Of a stretch of DNA of 64,000 nt, positions 48,051-57,457 are shown in pieces (within the stretch, counting starts at the first letter, position 1; the number at the start of each line of letters is the position of its first letter). The notes beneath the pieces are model-generated. The model was not told the origin of the DNA. It made no database searches and worked only from the letters and a program-made list of their open reading frames with translations. Source of the stretch: Alphaproteobacteria bacterium (GTDB taxonomy: Bacteria; Pseudomonadota; Alphaproteobacteria; UBA828); NCBI GenBank assembly GCA_965237415.1, contig CBDEFM010000002.1, positions 3,040,001-3,104,000 of the forward strand, in the 5' to 3' direction. Position numbers and translations under genes: made by a program.

Positions 48051-49425
48051 CTACGTGTCGAGGAAGCTGCGCAGCGCGCGCGCCCGAGAGGGATGTTTCA
48101 GCTTGCGAAGCGCCTTGGCTTCGATCTGACGGATGCGCTCACGCGTGACCGAGAATGTCTGGCCGACCTCCTCGAGCGTGCAGTCGGTGGTCGTGCCGAG
48201 GCCGAAGCGCATGCGCAGGACCCGTTCCTCCCGCGGCGTCAGGCTCCCCAGTACATGGGTCAAGGCGTCGCGCAGGTCGGACTGGATCGCCGCGTCCAGC
48301 GGCTGCACCGCATCCTCGTCCTCGATCAGGTCGCCGAGGTGGCTGTCTCCCTCCTCGCCGATCGGCGTCTCCAGGCTGATCGGCTCCCTTGCCACCTTCA
48401 TCGTCTGGCGCAACTTGTCGAGCGGCACGCGCAGGCGTTTGGCGATCTCCTCCGGGGTCGGCTCGCGCCCGAGCTCCTGACCCATCTGCGAGGATGAGCT
48501 CCCGGAGCTCGTCGGCGAGAGCCTCCATCCGATCGTCGGTGAGCCGGAGCTCCCGCATCGACGCCGCGAGATCACGCGTCATCTCCCGCAAGCGTCTGGC
48601 TTGCCACGCCGTCGGCGTCCGGTTCTTCCTGACCAGCTCGATGCGCAGGTCCTGGAGCCGGTGGAGCTTCCCGTAGGACGCCGCGATCGCGTCGAAGGTC
48701 TCCATGACCTGTGGAAGGACCGCCGCTTCCATCGTCGAGGGCAGCGGTTTGCCCTCGGCGGGTTCGTCGCCGCCTTCGCGCGCGTCCTTTGGTGTTCCCG
48801 TGTCCGCGCGGTCATTCCGGGATCTGCGATCGTTGCTCTCCTCCCCGGGCGCCGCCGCCGGACCTCTGCCATGGGTGGCCCCGATGTCGATCACCTCACG
48901 CAGCGCCATCGAGCCCGCGCGGATCGCGTCGCGCCATGCGACCGCGGCCCGCATGGTCAGCGGGCTCTCGCGGAGACCGTCCAGCATGGTCTGCCGCCCG
49001 GCCTCGATCCGCTTGGCGAGCGCGACCTCGCCCTCGCGGGTGAGAAGCGCCGTGCCTCCCATCTCGCGCAGATACAGCCGCACCGGATCGTCGGTGCGTC
49101 CAAGATCGTCTTCGCCAATCCTCGGCGCAGCAGTGGCAGGCTTCTCTACCGGCTGCCTCTCCCCGGCGTCGTCCCCCGGATCTTCGCCCTCAATGATGGT
49201 GATGCCCATCTCGGACAGGATCGCCGTCGTGTCCTCGATCCGCTCCGAGCTGGCCTCGCCCGGCGGCAAGGCTCTGTTCAGCTCGTCATGGGTGACGTAG
49301 CCGCGCTGCCGGCCGCGCGCGATCATCGCCGTGACCGGACCGGTCGCGGCATCGAGGAGCGGCCCGTCGGCAGTCTCCTCGTCTCCCTCGGCGGTTGTGC
49401 TCTGCCCGACAAGCTCCATAGCCAT
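48051..49425 (-). pseudogene. rpoD: RpoD-like sigma-70 factor with internal deletion and frameshift
   Basis: Region 1.1 RGYVTHDELN and 1.2 RTDDPVRLYLREMG..LLTREGEV, then a frame switch at about 48497 into region 3/4 ([42 protein letters not shown]); region 2 absent. Confidence 0.85.
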
Positions 49426-49446
49426 TCAACCCGCCCCCCTCGCGGT

Positions 49447-49731
49447 CTACCCCTTCGCCGGCTCGACGATGATGCGGCCGCGGCCGCGGCGGATCAGGTA
49501 GCCGCCCCGCGGGATCGTCAGCGTGCCCTGCTGGACGAGGGGCCAGAGGATGTCCACGATCATGGCCGCGTTGTCGTCCGTGCCCTCTGTCGACTGCCGA
49601 GACAAAAGCCACTCGGCGAACGCACGGTTGCCGACCTCGTCGCCCACGGATTTGCGCAGCGCGTTGAGCTTACGAATCTCCCCCTTGGTGAGAATGGTCT
49701 CGTCAATCTGGATAAAAGGTGTCGGTGCCAT
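49447..49731 (-). CDS. Small hypothetical protein upstream of the rpoD-like gene, paralogue of 34676-34924
   Basis: LTKGEIRKLNALRKSVGD...AFAEWL...IPRGGYLIRRGRGRIIVEP. Confidence 0.75.
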   Translation of the reverse strand: MAPTPFIQIDETILTKGEIRKLNALRKSVGDEVGNRAFAEWLLSRQSTEGTDDNAAMIVDILWPLVQQGTLTIPRGGYLIRRGRGRIIVEPAKG

Positions 49732-49769
49732 GGATTTGTCCTTCGCCGGATGTATTGAAATGCAGCGCG

Positions 49770-50824
49770 TTATAGCAGCTTTGGTAGCGCACCGTCATGT
49801 TCCTGCCGCACACGCCGCAAGTGGCCAGGCCCTGCAGCAGTGCGAGCCCCTCGCGCGGGGCGCCGCGGCGCTCCGCGCCGTACGATTGCGCGTTGTCCCG
49901 GAGCTGGCGCTCATTCTGCTCGAACCGCTCCCAGGTGATGTAGCCCGGGTGCGCATCGCGCAGCAGGACTGTCCACTCCTCACGCGCCACAAGCCTGTGC
50001 TCGACACCGCCGCCGGGACGCCGTCGGCTGCGGCTGCGCCCGTACGCGAAAGCGCCCGCATATCGCGGGTTGTGCAGCATGTTCAGCACCCGCGAGGTCG
50101 TCAGCGGCTTCCAACGCAGCTCCCCCATGTGCGGTCCGCCACGCGGACGGTGGGGGAAACTCAGCTTCTCTTCACGGAAATGCTTCACCGTGGCACGCGC
50201 CGAGCCGGTCCGGGTGAAGGTGTCGAACAGCAGGCGCAGACTGTGCTGCACTTGTTCATCGGGGTCGAGAACCACTTGGTCCAGAGGGTCGTAGACCAGC
50301 CCCACCGGCAGCGCTACCTTCAACTCCCCGCGCTTGGCCTTGTTCAGCAGCCCGCCGCGCAGCCGCATGCGCATCATGTGCAGCTCCGCCTCGCTCATGG
50401 TTCCTTTGAGGCCGAGGAGGAGCCTGTCGTTGAAGTCGCCGGGATCGTAGACGCCGTCCTCGTCCATGATCAGGGTCTCGCTCAAGGCGCAGATCTCAAC
50501 CAGCCGATGCCAGTCGGTAGAGTTCCGCGCGAGCCTGGACACCTCCAGCCCGAGCACGATCCCGGCCCGGCCCATGCCGACATCGGCGACCAGACGCTGG
50601 AACCCCTCGCGGTCGCTGTCGGCGCCGGAAAGGCCCTGATCGCCATCGATCACGATGACGCTCTCGGTCGGCCAGCCCAGGGCCACGGCCCGCTCGCGCA
50701 GTGCGTACTGGCGTCGCGTGCTCTCGCCATGCTCGAACACTTGGCGCGGGCTGGACTGACGCACGTACAGGTAGGCATCGCGGCTCAGGTGGCTCGTCGC
50801 CACCTTCTGATGGGCAGTGCTCAT
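49770..50824 (-). pseudogene. y4bA-type large serine recombinase, C-terminally truncated
   Basis: AYLYVRQSS..QV, DQGLSG, EVSRLARN, DRLLLGLKGTMSEAEL, NPRYAG, CGVCG; sequence breaks shortly after. Confidence 0.8.
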
Positions 50825-51123
50825 GCCAACTCCCTCCCCATATGGCCCTTGACCATCGCGAGCAGAATGTCGATCGCCGGCCTCTCGACCCCGGCGGGCA
50901 GCGGCTCAGGCGTGGCACCTGCGCACACGGCGGCCTGCGGGGTGGGCAGTTCGGCGAAGGCGTGCAGCCAGGCCGCGACGCCGCGTAGCGCCACCACGGC
51001 GATCCCGTGGCGGTCATGGGCGGCGCCGGGCTCGACGGCATGACGGCGCATCCGCTCGTAGCCATGTCCGTAGGCGGAATGCTCCGCGGGGGCGAGCGCG
51101 GCGCACGGCAGGCGGCGCATCAT
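50821..51123 (-). CDS. Hypothetical protein coupled to the recombinase
   Basis: YERMRR...GIAVVALRGVAAW; ATGA overlaps on both sides. Confidence 0.6.
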   Translation of the reverse strand: MMRRLPCAALAPAEHSAYGHGYERMRRHAVEPGAAHDRHGIAVVALRGVAAWLHAFAELPTPQAAVCAGATPEPLPAGVERPAIDILLAMVKGHMGRELA

Positions 51124-51581
51124 CGGCGTTTTTTTTCCCGCGCGAGGGCGCGGTCGATGCTGCGGCGATGGATGCTGATGCCGAAGCGCGCACGCACCAG
51201 CTCCACCAGGTCGGCGGCGCTCAGCTCCGGCTGTTCGCTCTTCGCCGTCTGCAACGCTTCGACCACCTCGTCGCTGAGCTTGTGGGGCCGGCGGGGACCC
51301 GGCCGGTCCGGCAGCAATCCCGGCAGCCCGCCCGCCTCGTAGGCGCGCTGCGCCTGGTACCAGGTGGGCCGGGAGACACCGAAGCTGGCGGCGGCGTGGC
51401 TCACCGGCACGCCGTCCTCGCGCACGCGGCGCAGCATCTCGTACCTGACCTGGACCAGGTCGCGCGGGTCGAAGAACGCATTGGACAGGAACAGCTCGTC
51501 GCGCACCGTCTCGGCATGGGGGTTCAGGCAGCCATGCTCCTTGAGGGCGCGGGTCTTTGCGTCGGCAGGGCGTCTGGCCAT
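51120..51581 (-). CDS. Helix-turn-helix protein of the recombinase element
   Basis: GCLNPH, FFDPRDLVQVRYEMLRR, FGVSRPTWY, GPRRPHKL. Confidence 0.8.
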   Translation of the reverse strand: MARRPADAKTRALKEHGCLNPHAETVRDELFLSNAFFDPRDLVQVRYEMLRRVREDGVPVSHAAASFGVSRPTWYQAQRAYEAGGLPGLLPDRPGPRRPHKLSDEVVEALQTAKSEQPELSAADLVELVRARFGISIHRRSIDRALAREKKRR

Positions 51582-51769
51582 CGCACGGGCTCCATCGACA
51601 ACGCAATGTAAATATATTTATGCACATCCTTGGCACTGCATCAAGCCCCCTCTCCCTCTGTATGGGGGAAAATAGCCAGGAATACGTTGCCTTATGCCCA
51701 ATCACTACCGGTTCTCAGGCCGCCATGGCATCGCGTATTCGACGTTCCTGGACAAAAATATTCTTACAC

Positions 51770-52110
51770 TCACGGCAAAATCTCCTTGACAGTGTTCGCT
51801 TCGCCGACGGCCCCCCTCCCACCGCGACCGTCTCCGTCCAAGCTGTCCAACAATGCCGTCAAGGCGAGCAGATCCGAGACACGGAACGCCGACCGGCCCG
51901 CCGCCACCCTCACAAACGGATCCTCGGCAGCAACGCTGGTCCAGGCTTGCCGCATGGTACGTAGCGTCCCGTCATCTCCCGTGTAATGGACCCAATCCAC
52001 CCCCACCACCGCCATGGTCTCGACTAGTTCGAACTCACGTCCGTGAAGAGGGTGAAACGGGTGCGTCACCCGAAAGGTACGCCTCTCAACGCACTCAAAC
52101 GGTGCAGTTA
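51770..52110 (-). CDS. Y4bD/Y4pK (DUF5372)-like protein, start uncertain
   Basis: RVTHPFHPLHGREF...WTS....DPF...AAGRSAFRVSDLL. Confidence 0.65.
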
Positions 52111-52119
52111 AATGCCTTG

Positions 52120-52641
52120 TCACACATTGCGGTCGACCGGCACTTCTACTCGGTTCCCTACCAGTATGTCGGCAAGGAGGTCGATGTCCGCCTGCGCGGG
52201 CAGGTGATCGATGTCTTCCACCGCGGCCGGCAGATCGCCAGCCATCTCCGCAGCCAGGCCAAAGGCCGCGCCACCACGCTCAAGGAGCATCAACCGCAGG
52301 CGCATCAGCGCGCCGGCGTCGAGGGCACTCGCGACCGGCTGGAGCGGGACGCGCGGGATATCGGTCCCCATGTCCACGCCTTCGTCGTCGCGGTGATGGA
52401 GCGCAACCCCAATCCGGAGTTCGGCTTCCGCTCCTGCTACGGCGTTCTCCGGCTGGCCAACGGCCACGAGCCGGAACGCTTCGACGCCGCCTGCCGCTAC
52501 GCCCTGGAGCTCGGCACCCGGACCTACCGTGGGCTCGACAACATCCTGCGTACCGGCGCCGATCACGCCGCCGCTGAGTTGGAGCCCGAGACCATGCCTA
52601 TCGATCATTCCAACATCCGAGGCCCGGAGGCCTTCAAATGA
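52120..52641 (+). pseudogene. istA: IS21 IstA C-terminal fragment
   Basis: HIAVDRHFYSVPY, FRSCYGVLRL, HSNIRGP. Confidence 0.85.
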
Positions 52642-53399
52642 CCGACAACCCCGTCTCCCACCCATTGGCACAGCGCATCGCCTCATTGCGCCTGCCCGGC
52701 ATGCAGGCCGCCTTCCTCGAACAGATGGCGCGGCACGACCTCGGCGACATGACCTTCGAGGACCGGCTCGGGTTGCTGATCGACCGCGAAATCGCCGAAC
52801 GGCGCTCCAGAGCCCTGCAGCGGCGCCTCAAGAAGGCCCAGCTGCGCCACCAGGACGCCTGCTTCGAGGACATCAACCTGAGCCGCCCCCGCGGCCTCGA
52901 CCGCAACGTCGTTCTCGGCCTCGGCGACTGCGCGTGGATCCGCAACGGCGCCAATATCCTGATCACCGGTCCTTGCGGCACGGGCAAGTCCTGGATCGCC
53001 TGCGCGCTCGCCCACAAAGCATGTCTCGAAGGCCACCAGGCTCAGTACCAGCGCGTGCCGCGGCTGCTCACCGAGCTGCGGATCGCCCATGGCGAGGGCA
53101 CCGTCCCGAAGCTCTACCGCGATCTCGCCCGCATCGAGGTGCTGGTCCTCGATGACTGGGGCCTGGCGCCCATCGATGCCGCGCGGGCCCGCGACCTCCT
53201 CGAGATCCTCGATGACCGCTTCGGCCGGCGCTCGGCGATCGTCACCAGCCAGTTGCCGGTCGCCGAATGGCACCGACAACTGAACGATCCCACGCTGGCC
53301 GACGCCATCCTCGACCGTCTCGTTCATGGCGCCACCCGGTTCGAGCTGCACGGCACATCCATGCGCACCGATGACGCCGGCGCCGGAACCAAGGCATGA
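52638..53399 (+). CDS. istB: IS21 helper ATPase IstB
   Basis: GPCGTGKSWIACAL, LVLDDWG, TSQLP, ADAILDRLVH. Confidence 0.93.
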   Translation: MTDNPVSHPLAQRIASLRLPGMQAAFLEQMARHDLGDMTFEDRLGLLIDREIAERRSRALQRRLKKAQLRHQDACFEDINLSRPRGLDRNVVLGLGDCAWIRNGANILITGPCGTGKSWIACALAHKACLEGHQAQYQRVPRLLTELRIAHGEGTVPKLYRDLARIEVLVLDDWGLAPIDAARARDLLEILDDRFGRRSAIVTSQLPVAEWHRQLNDPTLADAILDRLVHGATRFELHGTSMRTDDAGAGTKA

Positions 53400-53645
53400 A
53401 CGCGACGACAGGGAGCCGCGCTTCGCGCGGTAGAATCGTCGCTCCGCTCCGGGGTGTCGGAGCAAGCGGAGAGATCGAGCGAAAGCATGGTGCGCGCGCG
53501 CCGCTCCGACTCGTGAGGGGTCACGCGTCGCGCGCGCACCATGCTCCACCGCCTTGCCGCAGCACCTTCGGCGGTGGTATCGATCTCGAAGAAATCGCGG
53601 AGGGAGAACTGCTGACATCAACGTAATCGCGTCGCTTCGCTCCGG

Positions 53646-53738
53646 GGTGGCTGCCAGGCTGAGAGGGGGTGGCTACTTTGCTGAGAATAGGTGGCTACGT
53701 TGAGTGAGAACGACCGGCTACATTGGTGAGAATCGGCA
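53646..53738 (+). repeat. Four tandem ~22-23 bp IS21 terminal repeats
   Basis: GGTGGCT(A/G)C-N5-6-TGAGA-type unit repeated four times (last copy degenerate). Confidence 0.75.
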
Positions 53739-53889
53739 TCTCCGGTGTGCCGCCATCGGGCATGTCGCCTTCGCCGGTGACCGGGCCACTGCCGCTGCCG
53801 CCTCCGCCACCGCCGCAAGCGGACAACGCCACGGCAAGCAGTGCGGTCGCTGCACAAGTGCTGAGGTATTCGCTATATTTCGCAGCCAT
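53739..53889 (-). pseudogene. Lipoprotein 5' remnant truncated by IS21
   Basis: Signal with lipobox LSAC followed by a Gly-rich tether GGGGGGSGSG. Confidence 0.7.
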
Positions 53890-54165
53890 TGAAGCCTCCC
53901 TCTATGCGCAGATCCACGGTCTCAGGTTCGCCAATCCCATGCCGAGATTGCGAACGCATTATTGGCCAACACTCGGAGCCGGTTGTAGAAACGATCAATC
54001 CGCGCCGAACGCCTCTTAGAACTGTCGGAGAAAGCCCAACTCGCCGCGCGAGCGCCGGTAGTCGTGGAGCTGCGCGTTGGTCTCCCGCTCCGCTCTCACC
54101 ACAGCAAACTTCGGGCTATCGTTTGCGTGCCCCGAAGGCCCCGATGATCGATCCGACGATGGTCG

Positions 54166-55806
54166 CTAGTCGCGTTCTGCTCCGAAGGCGCCAACCATGC
54201 TGCGATGTTCTCCGTACTGCGCGGTGAATGCTCCGGCGACTCCGGTGGGTTGCGCTGTATCGGCGGGTGATTCGAAGTTCGAATAGAACTGTGCCTCCCA
54301 CTGCCCGCCGTCGCGAGGAAGCCCTCGAATGGACCACGAAACGGTGTCGACCGCGGCTGCTACTGCGCCGGTCGCGATGGGCCGAGACTTCAACGTCACT
54401 GACCAAGTGGGTTCTGTGTCGAACTCGGTGATGGAGCCGCTGAGTGTATCGGCCTCGAAGTCTGCGATCAGGGTTGCCGTGGCCTGGAACCTTCCGGAGC
54501 GTGAGCGATCGTCTTCCGCGGCTTCGATGTCATAGAAACCGTAGTAGCCAATGGCCGCGCCTTCGTACGTCGCAGATCCAGTAGCACCGGCGACGTTTGT
54601 CACCGCGTTCATCCCGCCGTAGTTTGCTGCGTAGTCGAACACTGCATCGACAGCATTCGGAAGGGTCTCGATTGGCTCTCTCTTCCACCATCCGAACCAC
54701 ATGTACTCTGCGTCTGGAATGATGACCTTTGATGTTGCGCTCGTGGGAATGAACTGCCACTCCGCGTTCGTCCGCCCGAAGACGTAGTCGCCGGGTCCGG
54801 AGATATCTACGGTGCAGGTTCCTCCCGATGCGGCTCCTGCGCAGCGGAACGTTCCCGGAGCGCCTTGAAGCGATCCGGAGATGTCGATGCTGTAGCGTTC
54901 CGGATAGCGGTCCATGTTCCGTACTGCCAGTCGATAGTCTGGTTGGCTGGTGTCGTACGGGGTCAGATCCTGTTCACTGTCATCGATATTGTCGGCACGC
55001 AAAGTTGCAATCTCCGCATCACGTGCCGCCTTTGCATCACGTGCCTCTTGTTTTTGAGCCTCGGTTGGTCCCCGGTCGGTCACGGTGAACGTTTCCAGCT
55101 CGCCCTGCCGTTGTGTGCTCGGACGAGGGAACCGCGAAGATGCCGCGAGTGTTCCATGGGTGGCGGTGATGATGTCGATATGGTTGTCTACCCCGAGGAC
55201 TCTTCCGCTCTCATCGTAAGTCAACGCTGAACCCAACGAATGATCGCGAAAATCTTCTCGTGTCGGAGCTTCCACGTTGGAGAAGATTTCGACGAAGTCT
55301 CTTCTCTGCTCGCTGCTTCCGGATCGAGTGGTCTTGAACCACCCACCTGACGATCCGGTGCTCGTGCTGGTGAACGTCGCGTCGGTAGCGGTGGCAAGCA
55401 CCGGCTCATTGTGCGACAGAGTCGCCGGCGCCAAGGGGACGGCACTGGCGGAGGCGTCGGGAATCGCGGAGACGATTTCGAAGGCGACAAAGCGGTCCAG
55501 CGTCTGCTGCGCCTCGTCACGCTCTTCCTCGGCATCATCGCGCCCCTGCTCGGCCTCTTCGCGCCCCTGCTCTTCCTGCTGACGGCGCTGCTGCTCGGCC
55601 TGGCGCTGGCGCTCGGCCTCCTGCTCCCGTCGCCGCGCCTCGTCCCGTTCGGCCTGAGCGTCTTCGAGCCGCTCCTGGAGCGCTTCCTCCTGGGCCTGGG
55701 ACAGGCCGTCATCGCCGCCCGAGCATGCGCCCAAGCCGATAAGTCCAGCAGCGACGAGCGCCATGACGCTACCGCGGCCAAGCCAACTTCGTCTGATCTT
55801 GTTCAT
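54166..55806 (-). CDS. Surface lipoprotein with TbpB-like C-terminal beta-barrel
   Basis: Lipobox LGAC-SGG; Glu/Gln/Arg coiled coil; GSATYEGAAIG, ATLIADF, LSGSITEF, PTGVAGAF, VGAFGA. Confidence 0.8.
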   Translation of the reverse strand: MNKIRRSWLGRGSVMALVAAGLIGLGACSGGDDGLSQAQEEALQERLEDAQAERDEARRREQEAERQRQAEQQRRQQEEQGREEAEQGRDDAEEERDEAQQTLDRFVAFEIVSAIPDASASAVPLAPATLSHNEPVLATATDATFTSTSTGSSGGWFKTTRSGSSEQRRDFVEIFSNVEAPTREDFRDHSLGSALTYDESGRVLGVDNHIDIITATHGTLAASSRFPRPSTQRQGELETFTVTDRGPTEAQKQEARDAKAARDAEIATLRADNIDDSEQDLTPYDTSQPDYRLAVRNMDRYPERYSIDISGSLQGAPGTFRCAGAASGGTCTVDISGPGDYVFGRTNAEWQFIPTSATSKVIIPDAEYMWFGWWKREPIETLPNAVDAVFDYAANYGGMNAVTNVAGATGSATYEGAAIGYYGFYDIEAAEDDRSRSGRFQATATLIADFEADTLSGSITEFDTEPTWSVTLKSRPIATGAVAAAVDTVSWSIRGLPRDGGQWEAQFYSNFESPADTAQPTGVAGAFTAQYGEHRSMVGAFGAERD

Positions 55807-55916
55807 TGCACGCTCCTCCGCGTTGAGGTTTTCCGATCAATCAACGCCCCAAGTGGGCTACTCCTCTTCGACATGCTCACCACAAAAAATGGTGGGCCGA
55901 CGGTGAGATCGCAGCA

Positions 55917-57362
55917 TTAGAACTGCCGCACGAAGCGCAGCTCGCCGCGCGTGCGCTTGTAGTCGTAGAGCTGCGCGTTGGTGTCGCGCTCCTCGTGCAC
56001 CGCCACAATCGCCGGGCTGAAGCCGAACACCGTGACGCCCCGGTTGTGGACCGAGAGCCGGACGCTCTGGGTGCGATCCGCCCGGTCCTCCCCCACCGGC
56101 GTGTTCGGGAACCACTCGTCCCCGAAGTCGGTCCAGCGCACCTCGCCGCCGCCGCCCACGGTGAAGCCCAGCGGCAGCGCCACCGTAACCCCGGCGCCGA
56201 GCCAGCGGCTGTCGTTGCGCTCGCGGTCGCGCTCGGGCTCCTCATGCGCGTATCCGGCCGAGAGCTCCGCCCGCACCGTCGGCGTCACCACCCACGAGCC
56301 CCGGAGCGATACGTCCCACACCGGCCCGTCCAGATGGTCCCGCATCCGGTAGCGCCGGTCGTGCCAGGAGGCGTTTGCGAATGCCGTCACCCGCGGGGTG
56401 ATCCGCCGCGCCACCTCCAGCCGCGCACCGAGCTCGCGATTGTTCGGCACGGTGCCGACCCAGCGCTGGCGCGCGCTCGCCAGCAGGCTCCCCTCCGTGT
56501 TCTGGTCGATCAGCCAGCGCGGGCCGAGATGGGTGGCGAGGAAGAGCTGATCGAACTCCGAGCGCTCGTACTCCCGCCGCGCCGCCGAGCCACCTGCGCG
56601 CAGCCTGAGCCGCTCCGCCAACGGCACCTGGTACTCCGCCCCGCCCCAGACCGAGACGCCGATGCCCGAGGAGGTCAGCTGCTCCGCATCCCGCTCGAAC
56701 GGCAGGGGCCGGCCAAAGAATTCAATGTAGATGGTCCGCTCCTCGGAGCCCGCGCCGATGTTGCTGTCCGGCGCCAGCGCGAAGCCGACGTTGAAGCTCC
56801 AGCGCCCGCGCGACCTGATCTCGTTGAGGAAGAGGTTGACGTTGACGGCCACCGCGTCGGGCACGCCGCCCGCCAGCACCGCCTCGAAGTGGCGCCGGGC
56901 CAGCTCGTCCTCCCCCTTGAGGAAGAACGCCCGGGCCAGCTCCAGCCGCACCCGCACCAGGTCGGGACGCTGGACCAGCATCACGTGGAAGGCGGCGATG
57001 GCCTCGTCCAGCAGGGTCTCCCGCTCCTCCTCCGGGCGGCCGGGCCGCTGCGATGCCTCCAGCGACGCCAGGCCGTAGAGGAAGAGCGCGTTCGGTTCGA
57101 TCGACTCCTGCTCGAGCAGCCGCCGCAGCGCGACGATTGCCTCCTCGAAGCGGCCGGCGTCGACCAACGCCCCGGCGGCGGCGGCGTCGGGCGATGGCGC
57201 GGTCTCGGTGGGCGATATCCCCCCTTCGTCCGCGCGGGGAGACGGTGGGGGAACGGGCGTCTCCTCGGTCTGCGGCCCCTCTTCCTGGGCGGCGGCCGGC
57301 AGGGAGAGGGATAGCGCGAGCGCAGCGAGAAGGAGGCTGCGCCGCAAAGAGGCAAGCGTCAT
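55917..57362 (-). CDS. Slam-family (surface lipoprotein assembly modulator, TPR plus beta-barrel) outer-membrane protein
   Basis: Signal peptide; RVRLELARAFF TPR; APDSNI; amphipathic beta strands; C-terminal Phe. Confidence 0.85.
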   Translation of the reverse strand: MTLASLRRSLLLAALALSLSLPAAAQEEGPQTEETPVPPPSPRADEGGISPTETAPSPDAAAAGALVDAGRFEEAIVALRRLLEQESIEPNALFLYGLASLEASQRPGRPEEERETLLDEAIAAFHVMLVQRPDLVRVRLELARAFFLKGEDELARRHFEAVLAGGVPDAVAVNVNLFLNEIRSRGRWSFNVGFALAPDSNIGAGSEERTIYIEFFGRPLPFERDAEQLTSSGIGVSVWGGAEYQVPLAERLRLRAGGSAARREYERSEFDQLFLATHLGPRWLIDQNTEGSLLASARQRWVGTVPNNRELGARLEVARRITPRVTAFANASWHDRRYRMRDHLDGPVWDVSLRGSWVVTPTVRAELSAGYAHEEPERDRERNDSRWLGAGVTVALPLGFTVGGGGEVRWTDFGDEWFPNTPVGEDRADRTQSVRLSVHNRGVTVFGFSPAIVAVHEERDTNAQLYDYKRTRGELRFVRQF

Positions 57363-57394
57363 TGCGAGAACTTTGACTACGTGCGGAAGGGTGG

Positions 57395-57423
57395 AAAAAG
57401 AGGGGCGGCTCAAGGGCCGCCCC
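57395..57423 (-). terminator. Rho-independent terminator after the lipoprotein gene
   Basis: Stem GGGGCGGC/GCCGCCCC followed on the minus strand by TCTTTTT. Confidence 0.65.
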
Positions 57424-57457
57424 GTGCACTCCGGTCATCTCCGGTTCGTCAGTTGTG

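Larger units (their letters stand above)
52120..53738 (+). mobile_element. IS21-family element, left part missing
   Basis: istA 3' fragment, istB, and terminal repeats ending in CA at 53738. Confidence 0.82.

Noticed and set aside
53646-53738. Possible mini-CRISPR array
   Set aside because: Units abut with no unique spacers, there are no cas genes, and position and terminal CA fit IS21 end repeats
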